Positions 1 to 15,324 of a DNA stretch of 64,000 bases are shown here, one piece after another. The position numbers were made by a program, and so were the translations under genes. Below the pieces are notes generated by a model. The model saw only the letters and a list, made by a program, of their open reading frames with translations. It did no database searches and had not been told where the DNA came from. Origin of the DNA: Octopus vulgaris (lineage: Eukaryota); contig OX597819.1 in assembly GCA_951406725.2 (NCBI GenBank), positions 52,266,001 to 52,330,000 on the forward strand. Direction: 5' to 3'. How positions within the stretch are numbered: the stretch's first letter is position 1; every line of letters starts with the position of its first letter.

Positions 1-574
1 CTATTTTATCATAAAGTTTTATTTTGAAGTGGGATGGGGCGGTGGGTTCATTGGTACATAGAAAAATCTATAGATTTAATTTATTAAATATTCCACTTCT
101 AAATTATTGTCATATTTCAAATTTCCATTTTTAGAAATTTTTTTTTTACTCTTAGATCTTTCTCATGTTCACTTGTGTTCCTATATTTCTTGGTTTGATT
201 CTGCTTCGGTTTCGGTCGATATTCTATAGGTATGCTGCTGTTTGATTTTATTTTACTTTTGCTAGTTCTATCTTTGTGATTTATGTTCGCAATATTTATA
301 GCTTTAATATTTATTATTCAGTTTATATTTTTGTAATATCATTATGCAGTCTTTCTTCTAAGCATTCTATATCTCTTATTATATATCTTTCGTTTTAACT
401 ATTTATACTCTCAAATTATTTAGTTAGTGGGGATCGAAACCTTTGCTCCAAGATTAAGGCTGTTCTTTCTCTCTCCAGTAGTTATATGTGTGGGCGTTTG
501 TATGTATATACGTTTGTATGTATGTATGTATGTATGTATGTATGTATGTATGTATGTATGTATGTATGTATGTA

Positions 575-611
<37 letters not shown>

Positions 612-1554
612 ATGTATGTATGTATGTATGTATGTATGTATGTATGTATGTATGTATGTATGTGAGGGCCAGAGTGTTGTGGTGAAATATGTTTCATTCA
701 TCGTGAGTATCAGTTTATTTTAGCCATACAAACAGATATCAGCTGACGTGTATTGAATAATGGATAACTGGTTCTATGAATCCCTATAAAAAAACATGTA
801 TTTTACGTAAATGCTGGTTCGAATTTCGTTTAAGCCACTTTCATCAATGCTGACCAATATGACCGTAAAAATGACTGAAAGTGGCGCAGTTAAAACTGAC
901 CAGCAATATTGGAGAATATATGAATCTAATTTAACTTTCCTCTAATTACATGAAATGACTGAAACGTGTACTCGAATCTCCAATAATAACAGAATTTTGA
1001 AAACATCAATTTGATGGATAAAACTATTGCAATTGAAATTTTTAAGAACTATCTAGATATTGTAGACTTTAACAATTGCTTTGTTTTCGTAAAAGTTACA
1101 TTATTCCAACTAATTAGTAAATGCTTCTACGTAAATTATACACGATATTTTTCATTCCAAAACAAACTTCAGAATTTGCTGCTTTCAACATCCAAAATTC
1201 CGTTTCCCGTTTGTGCAGGGTAAAAAAAAAAAGGTTTTTCTTTTGTTTTTTTTTTTAATTGTTTCTTCCTTTCTTCGTTCTGACTGACAGCATTATTAAC
1301 GCATCAATGCTTCAATGGAATTTATGGAGCGGTTAAAATTCTACTGGGACGATGCTTACCCCAAACTTAAACCACTTCCCAAACGAACACTTTCGACAAA
1401 AGGCATCAGCAGTTATTGTTACCTTTTCCCCCTTTTTCTTTTTTTTTTTTGTTCTTTTTCAGTTCCGAAAGATTGCTGTCACATATTGCTCTTCCATCTC
1501 GTAAACCTGTTATAGGAAAGAGCGATAAAAATGTAAACAAATCACCGCCATCAT

Positions 1555-1590
1555 CACTATCTTCATCACTTCTCTCCCTCTTTATCTCTC

Positions 1591-1669
<79 letters not shown>

Positions 1670-2105
1670 ACAATATCAGTGTCTCTATCTCCATTCTCTA
1701 TTTCTCTGTTCCACTTTCTGTCTGATTTTCTCTCACCTGTTCTCTTACATAACTATCCATCTTTCTTCTTCTTCTTCTTCTTCTTCTTCTTCTTCTTCTT
1801 CTTCTTCTTCTTTTTCTTCCACTTCTTCCTCCACTTCTTCTTCCACTTCTTCTTCTTCACCTTTTTCCTACACCTCCCCTTCTTCCTCCTCTTCCTCCCC
1901 TTCCTCTCCTTCTTCCTCTTCCTTCTCCCCTTCTTCCTCTTCTTCTTCTTCATCCTCTTCCTCCTCCTCCTCCTCTTCCTCTTCCTCTTCCTCCTCTTTT
2001 TCTTCTTCTTCTTCTTCCTCTTCCTCTCTCTCACTCCCCTTTCTTTCTCTCTCTCTCACTCCCCTCTTCTCTCTCTCTCACTCCCCCTCTCTCTCTCTCT
2101 TTCTC
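1555..2105. repeat. Polypyrimidine (CT)n/(CTT)n/(CCT)n tract
   Basis: Direct inspection; similar tracts at 26185-26850 and, purine on +, 32690-33055. Confidence 0.95.
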
Positions 2106-2231
2106 GCATCCTCTCGACAAAGAGCTGGAGTTTAGTCCATTAAAATACGAAAATATAAAATAAAAATTGAATATAAAAACAGAGGTTAAACCGCCCTTCT
2201 TTAGCAGGTGATTAGCAATTAATTGAGATGA

Positions 2232-2448
2232 AGGCGGTGAGCTGGCAGACTCGTTACCGTGCTTGACAAAATGAGCGGCTCAGCATCATTTCGTTCATCT
2301 TCATGTTCTGAGTTCAAATTCCGCCAAGGTCGACTTTGTCTTTCATCCTCTTAGGGTCTATAAAATAAGTACCATTTGAGCACTGGGGTCGATGTAATCG
2401 ATTTACTCCCACCTCCGGAATTGCTGCCCTGTGCCAAAATCCGAAATC
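2232..2448 (+). mobile_element. tRNA-derived SINE family A
   Basis: GGCGGTGAGCTGGCAGA head, GAGTTCAAATTCC B box, body related to the family motif GCCTTTCATCCTTTCGGGGTCGATAAA; many copies in the window. Confidence 0.85.
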
Positions 2449-2482
2449 GGTAATCAATATATATATATATATTATATATAAT

Positions 2483-2850
2483 AGGCACAGATGAGGCTAT
2501 GGGGTAAGAAGCTTGCTTCACAGCCACATGGTTCCCGGTTCAGTCCTATTGCGTGGAACCTTGGGCAAATGTCTTCCACTACAGCCTTGGGCCGTCCAAA
2601 GCCTTGTGAAAAGATTTACAAGCCAGAAACTGAAAGAAGCCCGTCGTGTGTGCGTGTGTGACCAGCGCCTGGCAACTGGTGTTGGCGTGTTTACATCCCC
2701 TCGTAACTTAGCAGTTCCGCAAAAGATTCAATAAATACCAGGCTTTACAAAAAACAATATAACATGATTCCTTCGATTAAAAAATTCTTCAAGGCGGTGC
2801 CCCAGTATGGCCTCAGTGTAGTGAAATAAATAAAAGTTAAAGATAAAAGG
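2483..2850 (+). mobile_element. tRNA-derived SINE family B
   Basis: Match to family consensus TGGCTGTGTGGTAAG..GGTTCAGTCCC head, ACCTTGGGCAAGTG CORE-like block, internal (TA)n(TG)n. Confidence 0.8.
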
Positions 2851-2892
2851 TGTCTGTGTGTATGTATGTATGTTTGTGAAAATATATATATA

Positions 2893-3440
2893 TAACCCAA
2901 AAACCGCGGTCCACAGATATTGTTTTGCGCCGAGTCGGGATGCTAAACTCCCCTGTTCGAAAATATAAGGACACAGTTAATGTGTTGCATAGCCAGCTGG
3001 AGACGATGTTTCCTGGAGCTAAATAACAGTAACATTCGTCCCAACCGAGACTGCCACGTTATGTTGGCAAATAATCTTTACTTTAGAGTATTACTACTGA
3101 ATGTCTCTCGTTGAGAGATTTAAAAATAATAATGTTTCTATTTATTAGATCAGTGACTATGTTTCATTTTGAAAATTATACATATTTTCGGACAGGGGTT
3201 TGGCAGCACTATATCTAGTCGAGCTGTTATTCTGTGCCGAGGAAGGAAAATAACCCCAAAACAGCGGGCCACAGATATTGCTTTGCGCCGAGTCGGGATG
3301 CTAAACTCCTCTGTTCGAAAATATAAGGACACAGATAGTGTGTCGTATAGCCAGCTGGAGATGATATTTCCTGGAGTTAAATAACAGTAACATTCGTCCC
3401 AACCGGGACTGCCACATTATGTTGGCAAATAATATTTACT
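2893..3440 (+). repeat. Two diverged direct copies of a ~190-bp unit (2893-3082 and 3252-3440)
   Basis: CCACAGATATTG..GCGCCGAGTCGGGATGCTAAACTCC..GTTGGCAAATAAT repeated with ~360-bp spacing. Confidence 0.85.
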
Positions 3441-3510
3441 ATATATATTTAAAATTCTGGAGAAATCCGTTTCTTGGTGTCTGAATAACATGCGGAGGCA
3501 CGCACGCACG

Positions 3511-3575
<65 letters not shown>

Positions 3576-3661
3576 GCTAAATGCACCCAAGTTATAGAAT
3601 GGCTGAATACTTCAATAAAATTCAAGAAACAGAACACAATATGCATTACACCTAACCATAA

Positions 3662-5898
<2,237 letters not shown>

Positions 5899-6004
5899 TA
5901 ATAATAATTACCCTCTCTCCCAAAATTGCTGGCCTTGTGCCAAAATTTGAAATCATTATTATTATTATTATCATTATTATTGTTGTTGTTGTTGTTGTTG
6001 TTAT

Positions 6005-6205
6005 TGCTACGCTAGGCACAAGGCCTTGAAATGTTTGGGGGAAGGGGGCCAGTTGAGTATATCGATCCCAGTGCATAACTGGTCCTTATTTCATCGACCC
6101 TGAAAAGATGAAAGGCAAAGTCAACCTCGGCGGAATTTGAACTGAGAACGTAAGGACGGACGAAATGTCGTTAAGCCTTTTGTCTAGCGTGCTAACGATT
6201 CTACC
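6005..6205 (-). mobile_element. SINE family A
   Basis: Reverse-complement match to family A. Confidence 0.8.
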
Positions 6206-6211
6206 AATAAT

Positions 6212-6331
6212 AACAATGACCATATCGCGTTGAAAGCACCGGTTCTCATCCGATTACCGAAGTTAAGCAACGTCGAGCCGAGTTCGTACTTTGATGGGTG
6301 ACCACCTGGAAAGCCTAAGTGTTGTAAGCAT
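6212..6331 (+). pseudogene. 5S rRNA pseudogene (isolated copy)
   Basis: GACCATATCGCGTTGAAAGCACCGGTTCTCATCCGATTACCGAAGTTAAGCAACGTCGAGCCGAGTTCGTACTTTGATGGGTGACCACCTGG...GTGTTGTAAGCA matches invertebrate 5S rRNA. First 6 nt replaced, several substitutions in the internal promoter region, not in a tandem array. Confidence 0.85.
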
Positions 6332-6420
6332 TCTTTCTCTTTCAAGGTGGTGCCCCAGCATGGTCGCAGTCAAATTTTGGTACAAATTCAACAAATTTAC
6401 GGAGTGGGGTTTAGTCGATT

Positions 6421-6822
6421 ACTCTTTTACTCTTTTACTTGTTTCAGTCATTTAACTGTGGTCATGCTGGAGCACCACCTTTTTAGTCGAGCAAATCGAC
6501 CCCAGGACTTATTCTTTGTAAGCCTAGTACTTATTCTATCGGTCTTTTTTGCCGAACCGCTAAGTTACGGGGACGTAAACACATCAGCATCAGTTGTCAA
6601 GCGATGTTGGGGGGACAAACACAGACACACACACACATATATATATATACATATATATACGACGGGCTTCTTTCAGTTTCCGTCTACCAAATCTACTCAC
6701 AAGGCTTTGGTCGGCCCGAGGCTATAGTAGAAGACACTTGCCTAAGGTGCCACGCAGTCGGACTGAACCCAGAACCATGTGGCTGGTAAGCAAGCTACTT
6801 GCCAGACAGCCACTCCTACGCC
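6421..6822 (-). mobile_element. SINE family B, full length
   Basis: Reverse-complement match with (GTAAAAGA)n tail. Confidence 0.9.
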
Positions 6823-7358
6823 TATATTGTTGACGTTTCAAACTTTTGCACAAGGCCCGCAACTTTACAGAGAAGGGTCGATCTCGTACTTTGGTTTATT
6901 GATCTGGAAATGATAAAAGCGAAAGTTGATTTCGGAAGGATTTGAACCCAGAATGTAATGAGCTTGAAGAAAAACCGCATCATAGCATTTCCTCCAACGA
7001 TTTAACGATTCAACCAATAATAATGATATATTCCGAAAGATACCAGAATTAAATATAATAAGAAAAAATGCTTTGCAACATGACACCGCAAACCTGCAAA
7101 GCATAGAATTTTACTTCAGACAACCAATGTAATCAGCAAGTTTCATTGTAAACACGGAAGCTCTAAACATCATGATTTGAATTCTAGTATCAGCACACAA
7201 GAACAATACTTTCCAGTCGGTTAGCTAACTGCATGATTAAAATAAGGCGCCACTTTAGCATATTACAATACAGAACAGGAAAGAAGACTCGATAGGAAGA
7301 AACTGTAGTTGACGACAGTACAGTTCTTCGGAATGAACCATAAATGGCTTTACCATTA

Positions 7359-7468
<110 letters not shown>

Positions 7469-7596
7469 GAGATAAATACTGATATATATATACACATATT
7501 CCTGTATGTTTATGTATATGCATATATGCATAAGAATATGTGTGTGTAGAGTGTGTGTGTGTGTGTGTGTATTATATATATATTATTATATGTGAA

Positions 7597-7911
7597 GGCG
7601 CGTGGCTTAGTGGTTAGGACATTCGGCTCACGATTGTAAGATCGTGAGTTCAATTCCCGGCGACGCGTTGTGTCCTTGAGCAAGTCACTTTATTTCACGT
7701 TGCCCCAGTCGACTCAGCTGGCAAAAATGAGTTGTACCTGTATTTCAAAGGGCCGGCCTGTCACACTCTGTGTCACGCTGAATCTCCCTGAGAACTACGT
7801 TAGGGATACACGTGTCTGTGGATTGCTCACCCACTTGCACATTAATTTCACGAGCAAGCTGTTCCGTTGATCGTATCGGCTGGGACCCTCGTCGTCGTAA
7901 CCGACGGAGTG
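7597..7911 (+). mobile_element. tRNA-derived SINE family C
   Basis: GGCGCGTGGCTTAGTGGTTAGG A box, GAGTTCAATTCCC B box, GTGTCCTTGAGCAAG core; partial second copy at about 41380-41515. Confidence 0.8.
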
Positions 7912-7955
7912 ATCCTCTCTCTCTCTCTCTCTAAATATATATAAGTATATATATA

Positions 7956-8090
<135 letters not shown>

Positions 8091-8116
8091 TGCATGCATG
8101 CACTACAACTAAGAAA

Positions 8117-9215
8117 AAAGGCATCAGGCTGATTTCAGGCAGCGTGGAAGCTTTGAAGGATCGAGTATGACAGCTAATGACTGATGCGGATAATTTATTC
8201 CATGCTTCAGCAATTCTGAGCGTGAAAAGATGTTTCCGAAAGTCATGGGTGCTGTGTTATTTTTGATTTTGTAAGCATGTCCGCAAGTGTTTGTCATACG
8301 GAATTCAAATAGGTGCCCAAGGTTGTTGTTGTTGGAAAGATGTTGGATAATCTTGCTAATAAGTCTACCAAGTCAGCTGTCTGACGTCTGAGCTTCAATG
8401 TATCCATGCCTAGAGAAACAAGACGTTCAGAGTATGATAGAATTTGGTAAAGATCGAAAAAAAAAATTAAAATCCAATACATTATCAATAGCAAAAATAA
8501 CAAAATATTTTAGGGAGATGTAACATGGATGAGAATGTTCAAAACAATATGCGCAAGAGAAAAACCAATCGTAGGAAGAAATCATATTCTAAGAAGTTTT
8601 GTTGCACGTTTCTGAACAGTTTCCAGATTTATATGCTGAGCAAGATAGGGATCCCAGACTGGTGATGCAAATTCTGTGGACGTACCATTGCCATATACAG
8701 TTTTAAATAGAGATCTGGAGAGTGACTGACAAAGGGCCTTACCGAGTGATGTTAGGAAATCCTCAGCCTTCTTTATTTTATTTCATTAAATTTGCCATAA
8801 AGGCAGTACATAGAGTAACGATGCTTGCGGGCTGGACACGGACATTAATGAGGTGAATTATAATGATACAAGGATGATAAGGATGGGAGAAGACGAAAAG
8901 CGCCCGCCGACTTTTGCTTCTCTAAAACATTGTTCTTTTAAAGTATCATACCGAGGCAATAAACCTCTTACACAGTTAAAAAAAAACACATTAATGAAGC
9001 AATAAACCTCTTACATTTTGTCCGACGAAGATCGCTGTTTACAATAATACGCAGATCACGCTCACTAGAAGACTTCTTGAGATTGCTGAGGGCGTTTGTA
9101 AAAGCTGAGTTTTTCTTCCTAAAGTGCATGTCCACAGCTAGCTTGAGTTTCCAGTCGGAAATCCATTGCTGCAAGAAAGACCTATAGCGCACGCGATTTG
9201 CTCTTTCTATCTCGA
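8117..9215 (-). mobile_element. Decayed CR1-clade LINE, 3' part (interrupted)
   Basis: Fragments WISDWKLKL, ERDLRIIV, EFASPVWDPY..LETVQKRATK, YSERLVSLGMDTLKLRR, AEAWNKL typical of the CR1 ORF2 C-terminus. Confidence 0.75.
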
Positions 9216-9220
9216 GGTAC

Positions 9221-9405
9221 AGCTTGACAACCGATGCTGGTGTGTTTACGTCCCCGTAACTTAGTGGTTGGGCAAAAGCGACCGATAGAATAAGTACTAG
9301 GCTTACAAAGAATAAGTCCTGGGGTCGATTTGCTCGACTAAATGGCGGTGCTCCAGCATGGCCGCAATCAAATGACTGAAACAAGTAAGAGAGTAAAGAG
9401 TAAGA
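9221..9405 (+). mobile_element. SINE family B, 3' half
   Basis: GCTTGACAACCGATGCTGG...AATGACTGAAACAAGTAAGAGAG. Confidence 0.85.
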
Positions 9406-9406
9406 G

Positions 9407-9441
<35 letters not shown>

Positions 9442-9795
9442 ATGTAGTCAAACATTGATGTGTGTGTGTGTATGCAAAGGTTCCCAAGTTAATTGGCTGG
9501 TCTGTAAAGATGAGTGAGCGACAAAAAATCGAATCAAAATTAATCTGCATTGTTTAGTAGTTAAAGTTGAAGTGTCGGTTATTACAATAAGGGATTATAG
9601 TGTATAAGTTGCTATCAACATCATCAATACTTCATCTAAACTTCCTTTTTCTTTTTTTTTTTTTTTGTCCTCTCGATAAGTTGACAGTTCCATAACATCA
9701 TTATTCAGTGAAGGGCAAAAGCTTCTGTCTAAGGTAGTTACTACTACTACTACTACTACTACTACTATTACTACTACTACTACTACTACTACTAC

Positions 9796-9827
<32 letters not shown>

Positions 9828-9829
9828 TC

Positions 9830-10100
9830 TATCCCAAATCATTATATCATGTCGGTTGTGCTTAGATTTTGCTGAGGTCTGCCTGGTAGATTCCACCAGT
9901 ATTCCTTTTTATTATGAGTGGCTCTGGCTTCTATCATATTGTCGGTTCTTATTTCTTTGTCCCCGGGATTATCCTTCCGACGGATTTCATTATTGAGTGT
10001 CCTAGGTACAATATCATGTCTCAGTAGATAATACCGTGATGACATTTTCGGACAACTGCTTATGATGTGGGTGATATCTTCAGTGTGAAGTCTGCATCAG
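9830..10100 (-). mobile_element. R4/Dong-type (RLE) LINE fragment
   Basis: DITHIISSCPKMSSRYYLLRHD...YWWN: end of the CCHC knuckle plus the RHD motif preceding a restriction-like endonuclease. Confidence 0.7.
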
Positions 10101-10316
10101 TTGTCACATTTTACTGTATGTATGTATGTATGTATGTATGTATGTATGTATGTATGTATGTATGTATGTATGTATGTATGTATGTATGTATGTTTATATG
10201 CATGTATGTATGTATGTATGTATGTTTATATGCATGTATGTATGTATGTATGTATGTATGTATGTATGTATGTATGTATGTATGTATGTAGGCATGCATG
10301 TATGTATGAATGTATG

Positions 10317-10379
<63 letters not shown>

Positions 10380-10514
10380 GGAAGAATTAAGATATACACT
10401 TGTATAAATACTTAGCTCCTACGTACGTTTCACTATTGAACGAGGAGTTCTAACTGTATGAGCTATATCTCATTGCACGTAGTATGTATATAACACACTT
10501 ACGCACTATCACAC

Positions 10515-10585
<71 letters not shown>

Positions 10586-10811
10586 GAAATAAGGTACTCA
10601 GAAATTCGGATAGTTTTTTATTTACAGATATTTATTTGTATATTACATGTTGTTATACATCATATAACTTAGATCATGTATTAGCGCTTTCTCCCATTCT
10701 AGTGGGGTTTTCAAATCGAACTAAGTTCCTGTGTAAAAAGTTTTGACCATTTTATAGTGTTATTGAGCGTGTAATGGTTAGGAGGGATATAAGACAGTAC
10801 AAGAGGGTGAT

Positions 10812-10881
<70 letters not shown>

Positions 10882-10885
10882 CATA

Positions 10886-10977
10886 CGCCCGCAGAGGGAC
10901 TCGAACCCGCGACCCTCAGATTACTTCTAAGGTTGACCTATAAAAGTCTGATGCTCTACCGACTGAGCTATGCGATG
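10886..10977 (-). tRNA. tRNA-Lys-TTT: tRNA-Lys(UUU) with 19-nt intron at 37/38; probable pseudogene
   Basis: Minus strand cgcaTAGCTCAGTCGGTAGAGCA TCAGA CT TTT A [taggtcaaccttagaagta] A TCTGA GGGTC GCGGG TTCGAGT CCCTC TGCGGGC G. A and B boxes intact; first three acceptor bases are CAT instead of GCC; one T-stem mismatch. Confidence 0.85.
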
Positions 10978-11086
10978 CATACATACATACATACATACAT
11001 ACATACATACATACATACATACATACATACATACATACGTATATGTATATTTTGTATATTCATATAGTCGCCTGTATGTATGTATC

Positions 11087-11306
11087 TACAAGGGGCGTGA
11101 TGAAAAGTTCTTGGCTTCGAGTAAAAGAAAATACAGGAGAATCAGTTAATTACGATTTTATTCACTATATTCCCCTCTCAGATTCACACACTTATTACAC
11201 CGGTCCTTCAGTTTTTCTAAGCCCTGTAAAAGAACTCAGAAGGTTGGGCCTCCAGCCAGGCCTTTCCCCGAGACTCTTATAGGCAAGAACTTTTCAGCAC
11301 CCCTCC
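11087..11306. mobile_element. Mariner-type MITE
   Basis: TA|CAAGGGGCGTGATGAAAAGTTCTTG ... CAAGAACTTTTCAGCACCCCTC imperfect TIRs. Confidence 0.7.
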
Positions 11307-11351
11307 AATATATATACATACACACAAACTGGTTGCTTCTTTACATTAACG

Positions 11352-11405
<54 letters not shown>

Positions 11406-11719
11406 CATGTATGTGTGCTTTTTTTTGTTGTTGTTTTGCATTGCTTCGTCTAGTTTTAGTTTGTTTTTTTTCCTTTCTTGAAGTGACAAACAGTGCGGAC
11501 ATGTTGTGACTAACAACAGCTGATGATCGGATCTAAAGGTTCATACTATTGACCTAACAGTAAATCGATACCTTATCTTAGATACTTTCAAGGGTTCCCC
11601 CTACCTGATGCATTAATTTATTGCTTTTATCGACCCAGACAAAACTCGGCAGCCGTCGATATCACTGAATGTAAATACATACATACATATAGACAGACAT
11701 ATATATATGAACATACATA

Positions 11720-11818
<99 letters not shown>

Positions 11819-12219
11819 CATTCAGACAGACATATATATATATATATATATTATTCATGAATTTTAAGAGCTATGATAATCATCGCCATCAGTATTGAGT
11901 CTGTAGCCACTTACTGGAAGCAACCATGCATTTGTCAATCTCCCTCTGGCTATCTATTTATTTGCCAATTCATGCATACATAATGTTTATTCGTGTGGGT
12001 CTGTAATTTTATACAATGCTTACATACATACATATGTGTGTGTGTATATATATATATACACACACACACATACATATCCATTTATACATGCATACACTTA
12101 TACGTACATACAAATCGTTCGTACGTTTTCATTCAAGCAAGAAAACCTTGACATTTTGTTACTGTTTGAATTAGTTCTGTCGCAAAAAGAGAGCGATAAA
12201 TATATTTAAATATATAATT

Positions 12220-12336
12220 ATATAAAATTCGCTTTAAATCGAGACTTTAAGTTTCGCCTGACAGTTTATTCAACCTCTCTTGAATGAATAAGTTGTCAGG
12301 TAAAACTTAAAGTTTCACTGAAAACCAATTTTATAT
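12220..12336. repeat. ~115-bp imperfect palindrome with hammerhead 3' half
   Basis: Central hairpin CCTGACAGTTTATTCA..TGAATAAGTTGTCAGG; minus strand CGAAACTTAAAGTC. Confidence 0.6.
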
Positions 12337-12524
12337 ATTTCTTTACTACCCACAGGGGGATAAACACAGAGGGGACAAACAAGGACAGACAAACGGATTA
12401 AGTCGATTACATCGACTCCAGTGCGTAACTGGTACTTAATTTATCGACTCTGAAAGGATGAAAGGCAAAGTCGACCTCGGTGGAATTTGAACTCAGAACG
12501 TAGCGGCAGACGAAATACGGCTAC
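12336..12524 (-). mobile_element. SINE family A (alternative tail, 5' truncated)
   Basis: Family A body with the ...CCCCTGTGGGTAGTAAAGAAA tail. Confidence 0.8.
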
Positions 12525-13040
12525 AGTTTTGACTTCACCTGTCTGCATATTGTCTGTTGCCATTCTTAAACTTGTTTTGAAATTAATAATCCCATTGTAA
12601 CATTTACGTGTTGCATGCGATAAAAGTTTTAATAATATGAGAGGGAATGAAATCTTATAGTGGAGATTGTGAAACTTTGCGAAGATAGAGGCTAACGTTT
12701 GAATGCAATGTTCGGGATTGATAAGATGCCTTTAGCATCATTTACCTTGTTGGCATCTGAAAGATCGGCGCTATGTTTGTTCGTACATAATGGCTCTGTA
12801 CACGCATTAGTGGGACTAACCTATGTGGCATATGTGTTGCGCATATTGATATTATATACACATATAAATATGATACATAAATTATAGATTGAATTGACAA
12901 TATGCTCATGAATTGAACAAAGACTCTGTTAAAGTTTATTCAGTAATCAGTAAAATAATCCATGATACATTTAAAAAAAAAAAAGCGATAATGAAAATTG
13001 GTAAAGAGATGAGACTCTCAAGGGAAAATGTTCATGAATC

Positions 13041-13630
13041 TGTAAGGAATATGAATCACGTCGGGGTCACCACTGTAAGAAATATGTGAATATCTCCTCT
13101 TGCACTTTTGGGGTGCAAGTTGGTGCAATCACTTTCCTTTGCTTTTATATCCAGACTCTACCAGTCAAAGAAACACAAAACGCAGACGTAAAAAATAGAT
13201 ATACTTTATTGTTTTATACCGGTGAGAAATCAGTGGTATATCTGATGTCCTTGGTTCTGGGCGCGCAAGGCTGAAAGTTAATCGATTGTAATATTTACAA
13301 TGTTCAGCCGCTAAAAACAGAACGGGTCAAAAATGGCGTCCGGAGGAAGAAGATGATTTGACTGCAACAATTCAGGTTAAAAGTCTTCGGCCAAAAAGAC
13401 TGCTGCTATCAACCGGAGAGAGAGCGAATTAAACGTCTGCTTCTATGAAATGCCTGCCGCTGTCTCCCGGGCGCTAATGGTCAACGCTTTACGCTCCCTT
13501 GCCTCTTTATTAAGGCTCGCGCTCCCTTGCCTCTATAAGCTAAGGTCACGTCAGCAAAATTCCCTCTTCCTGACTTCGTGTATTCGCGAGAGGGCGTTGC
13601 GCGCGCGCGCTGTTGTATAGGATCACTACA
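13041..13630 (-). mobile_element. Solo LTR (Gypsy-like, 590 bp)
   Basis: TGT...ACA termini; 4-bp target-site duplication AATC (13037-13040 and 13631-13634); minus-strand TATA-like and AATAAA motifs; CpG-rich. Confidence 0.75.
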
Positions 13631-13984
13631 AATCTTTACTTGAGTGAATTTGAAAATAGATTCTCTGCTGGGAATTAATGAATTACATTTACCGATGCGA
13701 AAAGTTGAGTTTTGCTATGCTGTTGTTTCATTAAATTCATTTATAGACGTCTTAAGTGTTTCTAGTGTCCCTTTCCTAGCAATTAAAAACAAACTTAAAT
13801 ACATTTCAATTAAAAGAGAGTAATGAATGTTTCACATCACTGCGGGATTTTTTGGCAGACACAACTGTCAGCAAATGGACCCTTTTCATTGATCTCGGTT
13901 AATATTTTTATATTTTCTTTTCTTGACGTTCTTGATAATGCAACATACATCTGACCATGTGCAAAGAATTGTGTTGGGAGATGA

Positions 13985-14383
13985 TATTTTTTTTTTTTGG
14001 CTCAAAAGGCAAAAAGCAAGGCCATGTAGGGGGACATGGAGTTATGTACAGGGTGGTGTTCATGTAAAGAGTTCAGGCCACTTGTGGTCAAGGGAGACTT
14101 TGAACCGAGCGGTCGTCGGCATCTTCACCATCTCGTCCGGCAGCTTATTCCACGGATCCGCAACCCGGACGGAGAAAGCCCCTCTCCTTCGATTGAGATG
14201 AAATCGTCGCAGATAGAGCTTTTCGGAATGACCCCGCAGCCGCCGCTCTGGAACAGGAGTGAAGAACAGCTCTTTCGAGAGGTTACACTTTCCGCTTATG
14301 ATGTTGTGAACAAGAATGAGATCACCACGGCGTCGTCATTTTTCTAGAGAATAAAGGTCGAGCGTCTTCAGCCTTTCCTCATG
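13985..14383 (-). mobile_element. CR1-clade LINE 3' end
   Basis: EERLKTLDLYSLEK*RRRGDLILVHNII..LRGHSEKL..FSVRVADPWNKLP..FKVSLD, then a short 3' UTR. Confidence 0.85.
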
Positions 14384-15166
14384 AATAAATAATTTCAAGG
14401 TCGTACCCCAGTATGACAGCAGTCTAACACAATTTGAAAACTTAATTCTATTACACAGGGATTATTGTTTTTGCACTAGGTAATACTTTAAAAAATAATT
14501 TACTCACTTGTTTTGTTGTTGTTGTTGTTTTCGCTTTATTACATATTTTTACGAAAGCGAAGAAAAGCTGTTTGTTTACATATCGAATTCAAACGGAAGT
14601 TGACATTTAAAACAGAAGCGAATCTTGTATTATTTAAGCATTATGGTCTATGTTTAATATACAAATAAACTTTATAGTTTTAATTTTTTTAATGTTCATT
14701 TATAATTTTTTTAAAGTAATGACTTTTTTTTTGATAACGTGATAAAAAAAATAAACTGGACACAATCCCGCGCTTTTTCAATCATCATAATATAGATTGA
14801 TTGTGCGGAAAAGAAGACTTTAGGAGTTTTACTGATGCGCATACTGGGAAGTTGCAAATGAAGGGGGAGAAACCTTTTCAACCATTTCTGTTAAGGAGTT
14901 GTATGTAACAGAATTTCACTAAGTGAATAAGAAGCATTTTTGGCAAGGGGCCACAAGGCTCTGCTGCAATATGCGAGGCAGTGGAGCTTTCAGATTATCT
15001 GATAGAGAACTGTTAGCATACTGTGTTTATCTGAAGATAGTTTACTAGCGTTGTAGTGGTGAGTTAACGCTTTTCATTTAGTGAAGTTCGATGATATCCA
15101 TCAGATGTTGGGTACTATTTAAGAAGAGTGGTCGCGGTGCGCGCACTCGCGTACTCGCGCATCCGT

Positions 15167-15324
15167 GCTAGCTGGGCGTGACTAGTCGATCCTACAACGA
15201 CTACCTAGCAAAGTAAATAAAACACAAAATAAATCATTTTTTTACACAAAGTAAATAATTTTTTTAAACAAAGTAAATAAAGCAAAAACACAAAGTAAGG
15301 ATCGACTAGTCACGACTGGCTAGC
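15167..15324. mobile_element. Small TIR element with internal ACAAAGTAAATAA repeats
   Basis: GCTAGCTGGGCGTGACTAGTCGATCCT ... AGGATCGACTAGTCACGACTGGCTAGC inverted termini. Confidence 0.6.

Noticed and set aside
7597-7665. tRNA-like heads with A/B boxes as tRNA genes
   Set aside because: No closed cloverleaf; they run directly into SINE bodies.
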